From Yuukianura sp. NJ FZ-2021 (taxonomy: Eukaryota), in the NCBI GenBank assembly GCA_046563655.1, contig CM102290.1, forward strand, positions 1,426,001 to 1,490,000: a stretch of DNA of 64,000 nt. The letters run 5' to 3'. Below the pieces are notes generated by a model. That model was given only the letters and a program-made list of their open reading frames with translations, searched no databases and had not been told where the DNA came from. Both the position numbers and the translations under genes were made by a program. Positions 14,397 through 25,900 of the stretch are shown here, one piece after another (position 1 is the first letter of the stretch; each line of letters starts with the position of its first letter).

Positions 14397-14629
14397 CAGT
14401 AGAGTACCTCACTTATGCCATTTGCCAAATACAAAACAATTTCAATTGACAAATACAAAACCCGCACCCGTACACTGGCGGTAAACTGGCAAAATGAAAC
14501 ATGCAATGGCAAATGGGGGATTTGCCAATGACAATTTGACCTCAGAGTCATGTAATTTTCTAACCCCAGTGTAGTTCAATTGTATTTTGTTTTGTATTTG
14601 GCAAATGGCATAAGTGAGGTACTCTACTG
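14397..14629. mobile_element. Tc1/mariner/pogo-type MITE, 233 bp
   Basis: Perfect 43-bp TIR CAGTAGAGTACCTCACTTATGCCATTTGCCAAATACAAAACAA, flanked by TA at 14395-14396 and 14630-14631. Confidence 0.92.
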
Positions 14630-15667
14630 TACTAGTTTTACTAGATTCTGCACTGAAAAATTTGACCTTTGACCGCGGGGATTTTCTGGATTCGGCCAGA
14701 GGGCGGTGTTCTATGCATTAAGAGTTTATGAAAAGCGTACATAAGTTTAGAATTCGTAATATTATAATAAAGTGGAAGTAACTACAATCGTTTTGCGTCG
14801 CCGCAAATTTTCTCAGTGCACAGTATTATAGATGTTGGGGTGCTGAATCCAAATATGTATCAAGGTCAGGTGAATTCGGATCCTACCGGCCAATTGTGGT
14901 TTCTCAGAAAACCGAGGTGAAAGTTATCTTAGATTTAGACAGAGCAACGAGTTGAGGGAAATATGGAAAAAAGAAAAGAGGTTCAGTCTCCTACTTCCCT
15001 ATAAACGCTATTTCTAAGACAGCCACCAATGCGAATAACCAAACCGAATATGAACAAGGTTAATGACATAATTCACGACATTATAAACTGAAGTCAGAAT
15101 CCCAATTTAGCAGCTCCACATAATGTACAATTACAAATATTGTGATTCTTTGCGTCGCAGAACGATTGATTTGCCAAGAATTTGCCACACGCAAAAAGGG
15201 TACAATTTATTGTTAGTCTTCACAGGTAACTAAATTCTGTAGGGTGGGCAGGTATTGGTGAAGAGAGTAAACAGCTGAGACACGGTAGTGGTGCGGTAAT
15301 ACATTCACACAAGCGCACTCCACACTCCACAGGTCGCTTTGTTGAAATTGGAAGGAGGGAAGACGCTCTGCCGTAGCCGTTTGCATAAGGTCAGTAAACA
15401 GACGACAGACGTATCGGTTAATCGGTTGCTAAAGAAGAAAGCGGTGAATCAAAAGCTAATCTTAATTTCCTCTTATTTCCAAATAGTTACTCGTAAGCAA
15501 CCTATCTAATTTGCTTTGCAGACATTAAGTTACTACTCTCAGTCTCAGGACCTCTATCTCGTCCTAAGAAATCGATCGTTGGCTGACATTGGTACAGGAA
15601 GAATAGGCATCGCATAGATTTATCCGGAAATTGGGAGGGAAATATCTTTTGACTCGGGCTTAACGAT

Positions 15668-18028
15668 ATGGGTGATCACAATTTCACCTCGGAGAAGCAT
15701 GATACAAGCCAGAGGTAACACACACGGATAATACACATAAACAATATTGACCATTCTAACAATTATGGCAATCGTCATATTCCTGGCTAATTAAAATTCC
15801 AGTGAACCAACGAACAAGGACATTTAACGCAATTTCTTGTTACTTAGATATGGGACTGGAACACCTTCTAATGCTGATGACGAGTTCACGTTTCAAATGT
15901 TCAGTATCGTACTGGCTGTAGTCGGATGGTTCATATTTTATGGAAATTCTCGAAGGAAGAAACTGACATTTGTTTTCCCTCCGCGACCATTGTGGGAAGT
16001 TATACTGTCGATTTCCTATAATATCATTACGCAAGGACTTGCCGCTGGTTTTTTCCCAGTCTTGTCGGCCTTTGCGATATTTTTCCTTGCCGGTAAGATG
16101 TTTGCATGCGATTTCCTAAAATTATCCAAAAATGAATTCATGCTGCGATTTTTTTTCTTGTTGGTGACTACTTTATAAAGTATTACTGCGTTTACAGAAT
16201 GTACTTCCGATCCAGTTCAATCAACGAGCCCTGACAATGAACCGAGGGTAACGGAGAAGTTGCCACCTTCGTCACGAGCCATTACTTTTCCTTCCAACTT
16301 CCAAGTTTACATAACTACATACGTCATTTGCTGTGGCATCATATCGGTGTTAGCAATGATTATTGAGATGCGGAACTTGTACTTGGTTCAGGTACAAGAA
16401 GAACTCCAATTTCAACCTGATTTTGGGTTGAAACATACTACTATGGAATCTCGAATTTTTTATAGCCTTAAAAACTTTACGTGTTTTCTTTTAGAGACGA
16501 AAATTTAAAATCGCTGTAGACCCTTTGCAAGTGTCATTTGTACCGACTATGGGAGATGCGCTTTGCTCAAGCGAGTTCCAAATCCGGCAATCAGCTTTCT
16601 ACGACTTGATGATTCTTGTTGATGCAAGAGAGCCACGTATCTTCGAATTTCTTAAACTCACCCATCCAGGTTAGTAAGATGCTTGTGATGCAAGTTACCT
16701 CAATGCAATATTTGTTATATGTATCGGTTTTATCAACTGGACCTTAGGGCGTCATCCGTTTGCCTGGAATACGGTTTTGACTCCAATTACCAGTTTGATT
16801 GGAGGTGCTACGTTATACTTCAATGATTTCACGGCATTGATCAAAAAAGCGGCTCATCCGGGAGAATCAGAACACTCAAACGAGAAGCTCAATATCGAAC
16901 CGTCTTCAGTGACCTCTTTCGTTTCGGAACCTGGTACCGGGAAGGCAAAGTATTTTTCCAGGCTTCGGGATTTAGTATCGCCGTAAGAATGTGTAAAATA
17001 ATTACTCTTGAGTTACAAGAATGACTTCCGATTTCTATTTACCATTGACTTGACTCGTTTCTCTCTTTATAGAATCCACACGCTGGTAACGCTTCGTGCC
17101 ACGAATGCTCAAGCCTATATGATAGAGTCAACTTCTCCAGTGACTAAATTGATCATGGCTCCATCACTCATCTTAGGTTCTATTGTTTCCAGCTTTCAAA
17201 ATCGATTGAAATTGGTGAGAAAGAGAATGATACTAAAACTATGCGATTCATGACGGTGCGGGGGTGATCAAATACAGTGAGTTTTTCTTTCTTTGTAGAT
17301 TCCTACTCGATTCTATCCCAGCATACTCGGATTTATTTCACTGGATCCTCTTACTCTGAAACTTAGAGACACACTCAAGGAACAGAACATCCTCATCTGG
17401 GCCATTCATATTCTTGTTGGGATGTCCGATTTCTCAATTAGCAATGATTTGGACGGTGTGATCTCTACCACTCTTGTACGAATTATACCCGTCCAGATTG
17501 AATTTTACGAAGTAAACATTTCAAGGATATTTATACACATCTTGTATGCTCCTGGACGAACGTTACAAACTAAAACGCTTTCCTTTTTTCAGACACTGGA
17601 AAAACTAGTAGAAGAAATCAGACCAATCAGACATAGAATACGCAAGAAGGAGCTGGAAAGATTGGTCAACCTGTTGACAGAATACAAGAAGTCTTTGGTT
17701 TTTTTCTATGTCAACTACGCTTCTCATGCAAGGTAGGTACTTTTAGTAAAGATATCCGCGCTCCCCCGCTTATTTGTCTGTCTTATGTTTGTTGTGATTG
17801 GTTTGCTTTGTTAAACCGTTTCTATCTTTAAACTCTCTCCCGAACGGCATAAATTCTGTAAAAAAAAACTTGGTTAAATGTGTCTATGGTTTTAGGATTT
17901 TACGAATCCCGACTTATACCGTACAGCGCTGGAGACGCATTTGCTGTGAAGATATTAACAGTCACATCCGTACAAATGCAGGAAGTAAAGTTGATGTACC
18001 CACACTCTTCGCTGAAGAAGATTATTAA
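15668..18028 (+). CDS. Ndc1: Transmembrane nucleoporin NDC1-like (divergent), 9 exons, about 507 aa
   Basis: Exons 15668-15714, 15848-16092, 16198-16391, 16495-16669, 16748-16982, 17073-17214, 17299-17511, 17593-17732 and 17896-18028, phase-consistent. N-terminal hydrophobic segments. AFYDLMIL..FLKLTHPGRHPFAW resembles the NDC1 motif AFQDL..FSLSQPGGHPHNW, and ILIWAIHILVGMSDFSISNDLDGVISTTL resembles [27 protein letters not shown] (both recalled from human NDC1). Confidence 0.8.
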
Positions 18029-18261
18029 AAAATTGGATGGGAACTGAACTGAAGACGTACTACGTATTTATTACGTTTCTCTTAAAAACTGTGTTCTTTA
18101 AAGCTAATACGTGTAAATATTAATCGGCACGGAAAACTTTTCGTCCTGACTCAGCTTAAAGACTGTCTTTAATTAAATAAGTTTCGACATATTTATGTAC
18201 TTAATTAATGCTATTAAATTCTTTCCTTAAAATGAAAAGGTAGTTAGCTGGTATTTTTTAG

Positions 18262-18269
18262 GCGCGAAA
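18262..18269 (+). promoter_or_regulatory. E2F consensus site upstream of GINS3
   Basis: GCGCGAAA (reverse complement TTTCGCGC) about 520 bp upstream of a DNA-replication gene, a typical class of E2F target. Confidence 0.45.
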
Positions 18270-18787
18270 TCAACGCGGGTTTTCACGTAAGTGCCTCTAA
18301 AGGAAGACAAGAAAGACCCCGACTTTCGCAATTCTCAGCAATTTCTCTTTCACTGATGCGAAATTGCTGCAGAATGCGGAGATTTTTACCATTAAATTGT
18401 AAATTGTAACGTAGATATTATTTCTTTCGCCTTGTAAAATGAATTAACGATAAATATTACATAACCTGATTCCTGTCAGCTGAAGTTGATTTCATAACCT
18501 GTGAACTGGCACATGTTTTTTTTTATCAAGGCAAGATCCTAACTTATTATGTAACTACTACTATTTTTCTTACACGTTCTTGTTCGTCTTTTGGTAATGT
18601 TTTTTTTTTCTGTACACTTTAGTTACAGGAACAATTTAGTATTTAATACAACATGGACAGCATTACGAAGGTAATTTGCCTCTGAGAGGTAATCATCTAA
18701 ACATTCAAATAATGTAAAAAATCAAATTGTTTGAAGGATTTAATAAGCTGAATTCTTTTGAATCAATTTGATTTTTAACACTTGTTA

Positions 18788-19623
18788 ATGAACACGAAGA
18801 CAGAGCTATTTCTCAGTTCGGAGACTGACTATTTATCGATCGAGGAAATACTGGCTACGCAGTTCAAAATTCCTTGCAGGACGAATATAGAAATTAGTGG
18901 TTTTGGTATGTTCGTTATAAGAACGTATTTTTTGATGAATTGAGTTACATTAGCTTTTCTACGCAGGTTTCCTAGATCCGTCGTTGGATTCTGTCGACCT
19001 TCCAAAGGGAGCCTTACTGGAATTGCCACTTTGGGCTGTCCATCCACTGGCAAAACCTGGTCGTGAACATATCACTGCCGAAGTTCCATCCAAATATCGG
19101 AAGGGATATAGGTTGATTTGTAATTTATACCTCAATAATTTACTTCCTTCAAATAGCGAAGTAGTTTCTATCATACTCACTGTCTTTATACTTAGGGACA
19201 TCGTTAAAGCGGATCCAACTATTCTTGACCTAAACAAGTGGGGCCCGTATTATTATCGCACAGGAACTCACGTCGTGTGTTTGCCGGTACGTGGGAATCA
19301 AGCACAAGCCATCAGACAAGTCTTGATTTACGTAAGTGCAACATTGAAAGACAGAATTAGCAAAAATTGTTCATTACAACTAATTGACTTGTCGTGATTT
19401 TTAGTTATTCCAGAAACGAATTCAACGCTTGTCGTTAACGTATTCTGACACACATTTGGGAAAGTTTCGTACGGTCCAGGACTCCGCACCTCAATACAGA
19501 ACTGGAAACGTTTTACGGGAGCAGTTTCTGGACAGCATTGAATATAGAATTTACAAGGATGGCCAGAAGGGAGCTACCACTTTCCAGAAATGGATGGAAA
19601 CGCCGTCTAGACCTCTACTCTGA
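18788..19623 (+). CDS. GINS3: DNA replication complex GINS subunit PSF3, 4 exons, about 205 aa
   Basis: Exons 18788-18905, 18967-19111, 19196-19331 and 19405-19623. Motifs DYLSIEEILATQFKIPC, GFLDP, LELPLWA, ADPTILDLNKWGPYYY and LDSIEYRIY...FQKW. Confidence 0.93.
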
Positions 19624-20351
19624 GAGCAGCTAACTTAACTTACGAAGACGGTTTAGAATTTCTGGATGTTCTCTGGTGATATATCCTGATCTATTCCTTT
19701 TAGTAATCCGATTTAATTTTTGCTAATAATTTGAGTCTTTTTCTTCTGCTGCATTTATACTTTTACTAATTTTAGGCAACGTAACTAATTTTGTAACGAC
19801 ATTTTGGGACAAGGAATTAAAACGATTCCATTTTGAAGAAAGCTGTCTTTGGCCTCGGCCTCACGGTTCCCCTTTAATGGTTTCTAATCGTAGGACAGTA
19901 GTTGTCACCGTCCACTTGAAACTAAACTTCTGGCAACATTACCTCTGGCCCCCTAAAACATATTAAATCTCTTTCTCTACTATTTATTTACGCTAATTTG
20001 AATTTTAATTAAGATTAGTTAAGATTTTCTCCAATATTATAAGCATTGAGTGCCCAGGAGCAGTTGGGAACTTCGTAGTGTGTGCAAACTCATTCTACAA
20101 CTCCCGCTTTTTCTGTTCGAATTTTATAACATAAGTTAGTTAATACGTAAACCTGCTGGATAAATAAGCATTTGACTTTTAGCACATGTCGGAGTAGTAT
20201 TGAATTGTTAAGTATCCGTCAGTTTCCAATTCCATGCGTCAATCAAGTTCCAGAACCTAGGTGTACTAAAGACTGACGATATCGAAATATCGGTGGGAAG
20301 GAAGTCGTCGAGCGACAATTTAGGTCATCCGTCATCGTGAGGTCAAAACTT

Positions 20352-20518
20352 GGTTGGAGAGTAGCAAAGGGGTCTGTTTTTTCTTTTAGTCCCTGAGCTA
20401 GGTTATCAAATCAGGACATAGTGCACCGCTCACTCACCTTCAACACCGTGCACTGTGTCCTGATTTGATAACCTAACTGGACAAAAGGAAAAACAGACCC
20501 CATTGCTACTCTCCAACC
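20352..20518. mobile_element. 167-bp foldback MITE with 8-bp target-site duplication, just upstream of TRMT13
   Basis: Near-perfect palindrome with ends GGTTGGAGAGTAGCAA... / ...TTGCTACTCTCCAACC and an inner 28-bp stem (20399-20426 / 20448-20475). Flanked by the direct repeat CAAAACTT at 20344-20351 and 20519-20526. Confidence 0.92.
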
Positions 20519-20659
20519 CAAAACTTTCATAATCCGGAATTTTAAGGTTATCTGTTTACTATAGTTACTAATTTGCTGCATCACAAAAATGTTTTGTTTT
20601 TGACAACAATGGTAGGTATTGTAGGGTTGGTGACTGGTGACTGACGAGTGGGTATCCAA

Positions 20660-22584
20660 ATGGACAAACAACCTATGGATAATGGATCATCGAATGACGT
20701 TGGCCTGCCTACTGCCGAGACTCCGAAGGCAGCCAAAAGGATCTGCACATTTTTTATGGATGATAAAAAGAGGCCATGTAGGATGGTTGCTAAAGAAGTT
20801 AAGCCACCATTAACATTTGGATGAGAATTCGATTAATTTAGTATTTAGATTGGATGTCTGATTTGAGATTTGAACAAAGATTTAAAGGCAGATGGAAATC
20901 ATTTTGTTCAATTTTATTAAACAGGAGAGGAAGTATGTGTAGTGCATTATGAAGATCCAAATCCAAAAAAGCGACGAGTACAGTGTCCATTGGATCCCAA
21001 GCAGTAAGTTGAATATAAATTCTCCGATTATAAACAGCTTTCACTTTTTTTTTTGGCTGAAATCTTAATTTGTACTACGCCTATCTTGAATTTAGCACCG
21101 TGTTCACATATTCGTTGAGGAAACATCTTAAGAGGTGCAATGCAAGAAAAACGGAGAGTCTTCATCCATTTTATGCGCATGAACTTAATGGTGCTGGCTG
21201 TGATACTGTTGACCCCGTTCCTGTGGATACTGCTGTAGCTCCTCCTGAGCTGTCACTACGAGATCTGGATGATGTTCAGCTTTTGAAGCTTGTTGAAAAA
21301 ATCAATGCTATTAGTAAATGTAAGGACATGAGCTAATTTTTCCGTTAATCAATTCTTTCAGATCCTTTCCTTATTTATTTATCATTCTATTTTACGTGTA
21401 TTAGCACATCTCCCTGAAGCGACAACTGAAATTGGAACAGCTTCTTGTAAGGAACTTGAAGACGAGATTGGTAGTACGTTCAACGGAAACGAGGCGAAGC
21501 GTCATTTGCGACAAACGTCGTCCATTGTTCATCTTTTGGAAAAACTTGACTGTTTGAAACCCAATACCTGTTTTGTAGAATTCGGGTCTGGGAGAGGTAA
21601 AGAGCATTAATCACTTTCCCACTTCAGTGACTTAACGCAGATTCAACCAAATTCACGTTTTCCACTTATCTAAAACTAGGGGGCCTGACCTATTGGTTGG
21701 GAACTACGTTATGTGCACTTCCGTTACCTGAAAGCCAAAGCTTTGTTCTCGTTGATCGAACTAGTCCGCGGCACAAGAAGGATAATAAACTTCAGCAAAC
21801 GACCTTCCAAGTTGAGCGAATTCGAATGGATATCAAGGACTTGAAGTTGGATCAAGTCAAATTTGTTAGCAAAAGTGAGCATGTGGTTGGATTTAGCAAG
21901 CACTTATGCGGCAGCGCTACAGGTTGGTTTTATACATTATCCAGCATTTACGCAGTAACCAAGGACGTTGAGTATTAGCATATCGATATCAGTGCATAAT
22001 AATCGTATTTGTTTTCAATATTTTTCTAGATTTAGCTCTTACTTGCCTCCTCCATACGAACTCTCTTTTGTCGAAGGTGTCCGGGCTTGTATTTGCCACT
22101 TGCTGCCATCACCAGTGTGCATGGACTAATTTCGTTGGGAAATCTAGTTTCTTGAAATGGGGCTTCACACAAGCTGACTTCAAGCCTCTAACAAGTATTA
22201 CAAGCTGGTACGTTTGCGGCACAGGTTCTTCAAAATTCGCTAGATCGACGGAGGATGTCACAAGTCTGAAGTAAGCATGGCCTAAAAGTTTGCAACTTAT
22301 TACTCTTAATTTATTATTTAATTTGATTAATTCACATTTCTGTTAGATATTCACAAATCGGTCTGGATTATGAAGAGCGCCGACTTTTGGGCTGGAAGGC
22401 AAAGAGGCTCCTGGATTTCGCTCGCTGTGAATTCATTAGGAGTAAAGGACTTGATGCCAGATTCTCACAATATGTCTCATCGGAGGACACATTTGAAAAT
22501 GTTTGTATAGTGGGAGGTAAAAAACCCGATGTGATCTCTTCATCTGTAGAAGTAGCCCAAGAAATTTACGTTAACGGAACTTAA
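20660..22584 (+). CDS. TRMT13: tRNA:m4X 2'-O-methyltransferase TRM13, 7 exons
   Basis: N-terminal CCCH finger (CTFFMDDKKRPCRM..C..H), CHHC finger (CPLDPKHTVF..LRKHLKRCN), FVEFGSGRGGLTYW, RIRMDIKDLKL, KHLCGSATDLAL, ATCCHH and GWKAKRLLDFAR..ENVCI. Introns 2-6 are GT-AG; intron 1 is anomalous (see findings). Confidence 0.95.
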
Positions 22585-22962
22585 AAGTTGGCATTTTATG
22601 CATACATTCATCAAATAGTTAGTTGTTCGAAGGGTTTCCTGCAATAGAGTTTATGAATCTTACTCCCGGTTCTGTTTTATGCTCTATCCCTCAATTCGTT
22701 TCGTTAATTGAAAAATCCACATTCAAATATTTACTAAATTCTTGCAATTTCCTGGATTGTAACTGCAGTAACTTTTTCTGTTATTAATCTCAACTAATTA
22801 ATAGTTACTTAACAAAATTAATTACACAAAAGTTATTTTTTGTTTTTTCAATTGAACTTTGTCTAATAAATATTAGTATTAGTATTATTATCATATACCT
22901 AATTTTAACCCTTGTCTCTTAATTGTAAATCACAAATTCAATTTTTATTAGATTTTTTTCAG

Positions 22963-25900
22963 TTATCCAAAGTCTGCTCCGTCTGGATATTCTTCATAGT
23001 CGTCGTCAATTGAATCTTCCCCGTCTTCTTCAACTTCCTCATCTTCATTTTCAATTGGTCCTATGCGAGGAGGAAGCGTCGTCATGTCTATCCTATCGTT
23101 TCCATCTTCAGCTTCAACAAAGTCTCGATACGTCTATTAACCGGAAATGACTGTTAAGTTCAAACCTTATTTGGTTGACTAAACTTTTCAAATTACTTAC
23201 TTCCTGATTGTACAGATTCGGAATCTGGGAGTCACATCGGAGACACTTGACCTGACCGATTCCATCTTCTGTGGCAATGCAATAACAAGAGTGGCAGGGA
23301 ATCGGTTCAGCAGCCTTAACAAGTCGGCGACTAAATACTCTTGAAAAGGAGTTCACAATTGGATCCCGTTTTTGCTGGAGTTTCTTTCCGCTGAAGATTG
23401 TTCCTAAGGTGAGTTAATTGCAAAACATTTACTCAAAGCGTTTACTCAAAATTAATTTGTGTAATGTTTACCATTAGTTTGAAGTGCTAAGGAAGCACAG
23501 TGTCCCAGGACTCTTTTGGGAATCTTTACGTGTGCTCTCAGTATTCTGTTTCCAATTAACGGTCCTGCTTTCACTCCGTCCGACTTGGTGAAAGCAACTG
23601 CGTTGTCCATGCCTTGTAAATGTTTAAAAAAACATTTATTAGTAATGCTCTCACCATTAATTTTTTTGTTTATTTTGAAATAGTATTACCAAAAAATTTC
23701 TTGCCCATTCCTTTATCTTCGAATTCCAATTCCTTATGAAGAAGGATGTGTAGTGAAGCGGCTTGTTCTAAGATTCCATATTGCACGGTGGAGAAATCAG
23801 TCTAAATTTTAAATAACGTGTTTTTATTAGTGCTTTGACATAGTTTTACGTTTCTTTCTGTACTTACTTTCATATCTGCCAATTGGCAGGAAGTGCATGG
23901 AATAAGAATAAGAATCTTGGTTACTCCAGGACGAAAGCCAAGATTGAGTGCATGAGCTATTGCAGAGAAAGTGTCTCGACTTCCACCTCCAACGAAACCT
24001 TCAATTCAAATGAACAAGAAATTGTGTTGCTTGGTCTTTGTAACTGTAACAAATTATTATGCAATTGAAAACAACAAGTTTCAGAATTTCTTACTGGTGT
24101 GTACACTTTTGAAGTGATCGGCTAATTTGTCAAATGCCGTGAACAATTCGCCTCGCACAACAATGGAATGTGGCCGTTCAAAAACTCCGTCACCACCAAA
24201 GGTTACGATGGCATACCTAGGAATGAGATACAAGAAAAATCGAAATTATCAAAATAGTGAAAGTAATTTATCATAATTTTTTGAATATCTTAAAAAATCT
24301 ATTACCGATTGTTTATAATTTTGGATTTTTTGAACTCCTGTTCCATTATATTGACCAATGTATCGAGACGTCTCTTACTGAAGGCATTTTTGTTACAATC
24401 TTTGGCTTCAACTATAAAAACAATGTCCGCAGATCGAGCGGAGGACTCCATCAGATCCATCACTTTTATGTCTCGATCAATCATAGTCTCTCCATTCAAA
24501 TCACACCTTTCAAAGGAGAAAATAATGGAGAAAGTTAGACTAGCAGTTCAAAGATCCCGTCAGTTTGAAAAAACAGAAAGAAAATCCTGTTCGATTAGAT
24601 TAGGGCTAGATTTTCCGTTGACTTGATCTCAGAATGACATACTGCAAGACCTATTCATATTCATAACATACACTCGTACGCTACCCTATTTTCTGCATCA
24701 TCTCAGAGTTCACTACTAAAAGAGTTTCAGAGAGAAGGAGATGCTGCGGCAGTTCAACTTTCTCCCAAGGTTCTTTGACAACGAAAAGTTAATTTTCTTT
24801 AACAGATTAACTACTACCTCCCTTGTTGACAAAAAAAAACACAAAAAATTTAGGAGCAATCCGAAAAATTGGTACCAATTCGCAAAATTAAAAAAATTAG
24901 CTGTATTTGTTATGACTGATGCCCTGAAATGAAAAGATACTTTTTTTTTTTGCAAAATCGAAAAAACATGAGGTGTTACCCAACCTGTTAAAGAAAATCA
25001 AAAGTCAACAAACCTTGTTTTCTCCAATCGTTAAGACCAGTTTAAACAAATACTGCATAGGCTCGGGACCTAACCTTTGACCTAGTATAAGATCGCTTAC
25101 TTTATGCAAACGGATGGCATCTGAACTTCAACTCCATGGAGCTGACATACTCTTAAATAAGTCATGGCAGCCAAACATGTCACTTGCGTATCAGACGTTT
25201 CACTTCCCGTGGAACACATGTCAACATACGGCCTCACGTCTACCTGTTCAAACACAACAAACTTGCAATTTCAAAAATTACAAATTCAGCTTAAAAGAAA
25301 GTAGTACGACTTTTCAAAACAGTAGTTTTTTTTTCAGATACTAATCTTACAAAGTTGAAGCAAGGCTGAAGTGATGACAGTGGATTGGAAAAAAACTTTT
25401 GGCATTTGGTAACGACAGAGGCATCTTCCAGTGGTTCAATGCCTGGATTTGGTTGGCTTCTGACAGGAGGAAACGAGGCATTGGCATGGACATCATCGGA
25501 CACATCCCATGACCTCGCCATAGCAACTACGTCCTGTGCCACTTTTCCATTAGAGTAGATCATATCTGTTCTGGGTTCATGGTCCATTGTACCCAGAAGA
25601 CCTCCGACCTTCCTGGAGTGCCAACCTAAAAACAAAATAACAAGGCCGCTTTTGATAAAATGGCAAAACATAATCGTCCTACCTTTGCCAACTTTTGTTT
25701 CGCGTAAAGGATTTGGAAGATTCGCTTAATTCTTGAAGCGGAGAAATGGGCAAAATAGTAAGAAAAAGTTGGAAAAGTCAATTGCATCAACTTTTTACTT
25801 TCTTTGAAACCGCTTTCTCTGGGCATTACAAAAAGAAAGTACGGGCAGCTCGGCAACTTTACCTGCGATGTTCAACTGACAGAGGCCGTAGACAACGTTG

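Noticed and set aside
14288..14551. 87-aa ORF as a transposase remnant
   Set aside because: It overlaps the MITE but has no DDE or HTH motif.
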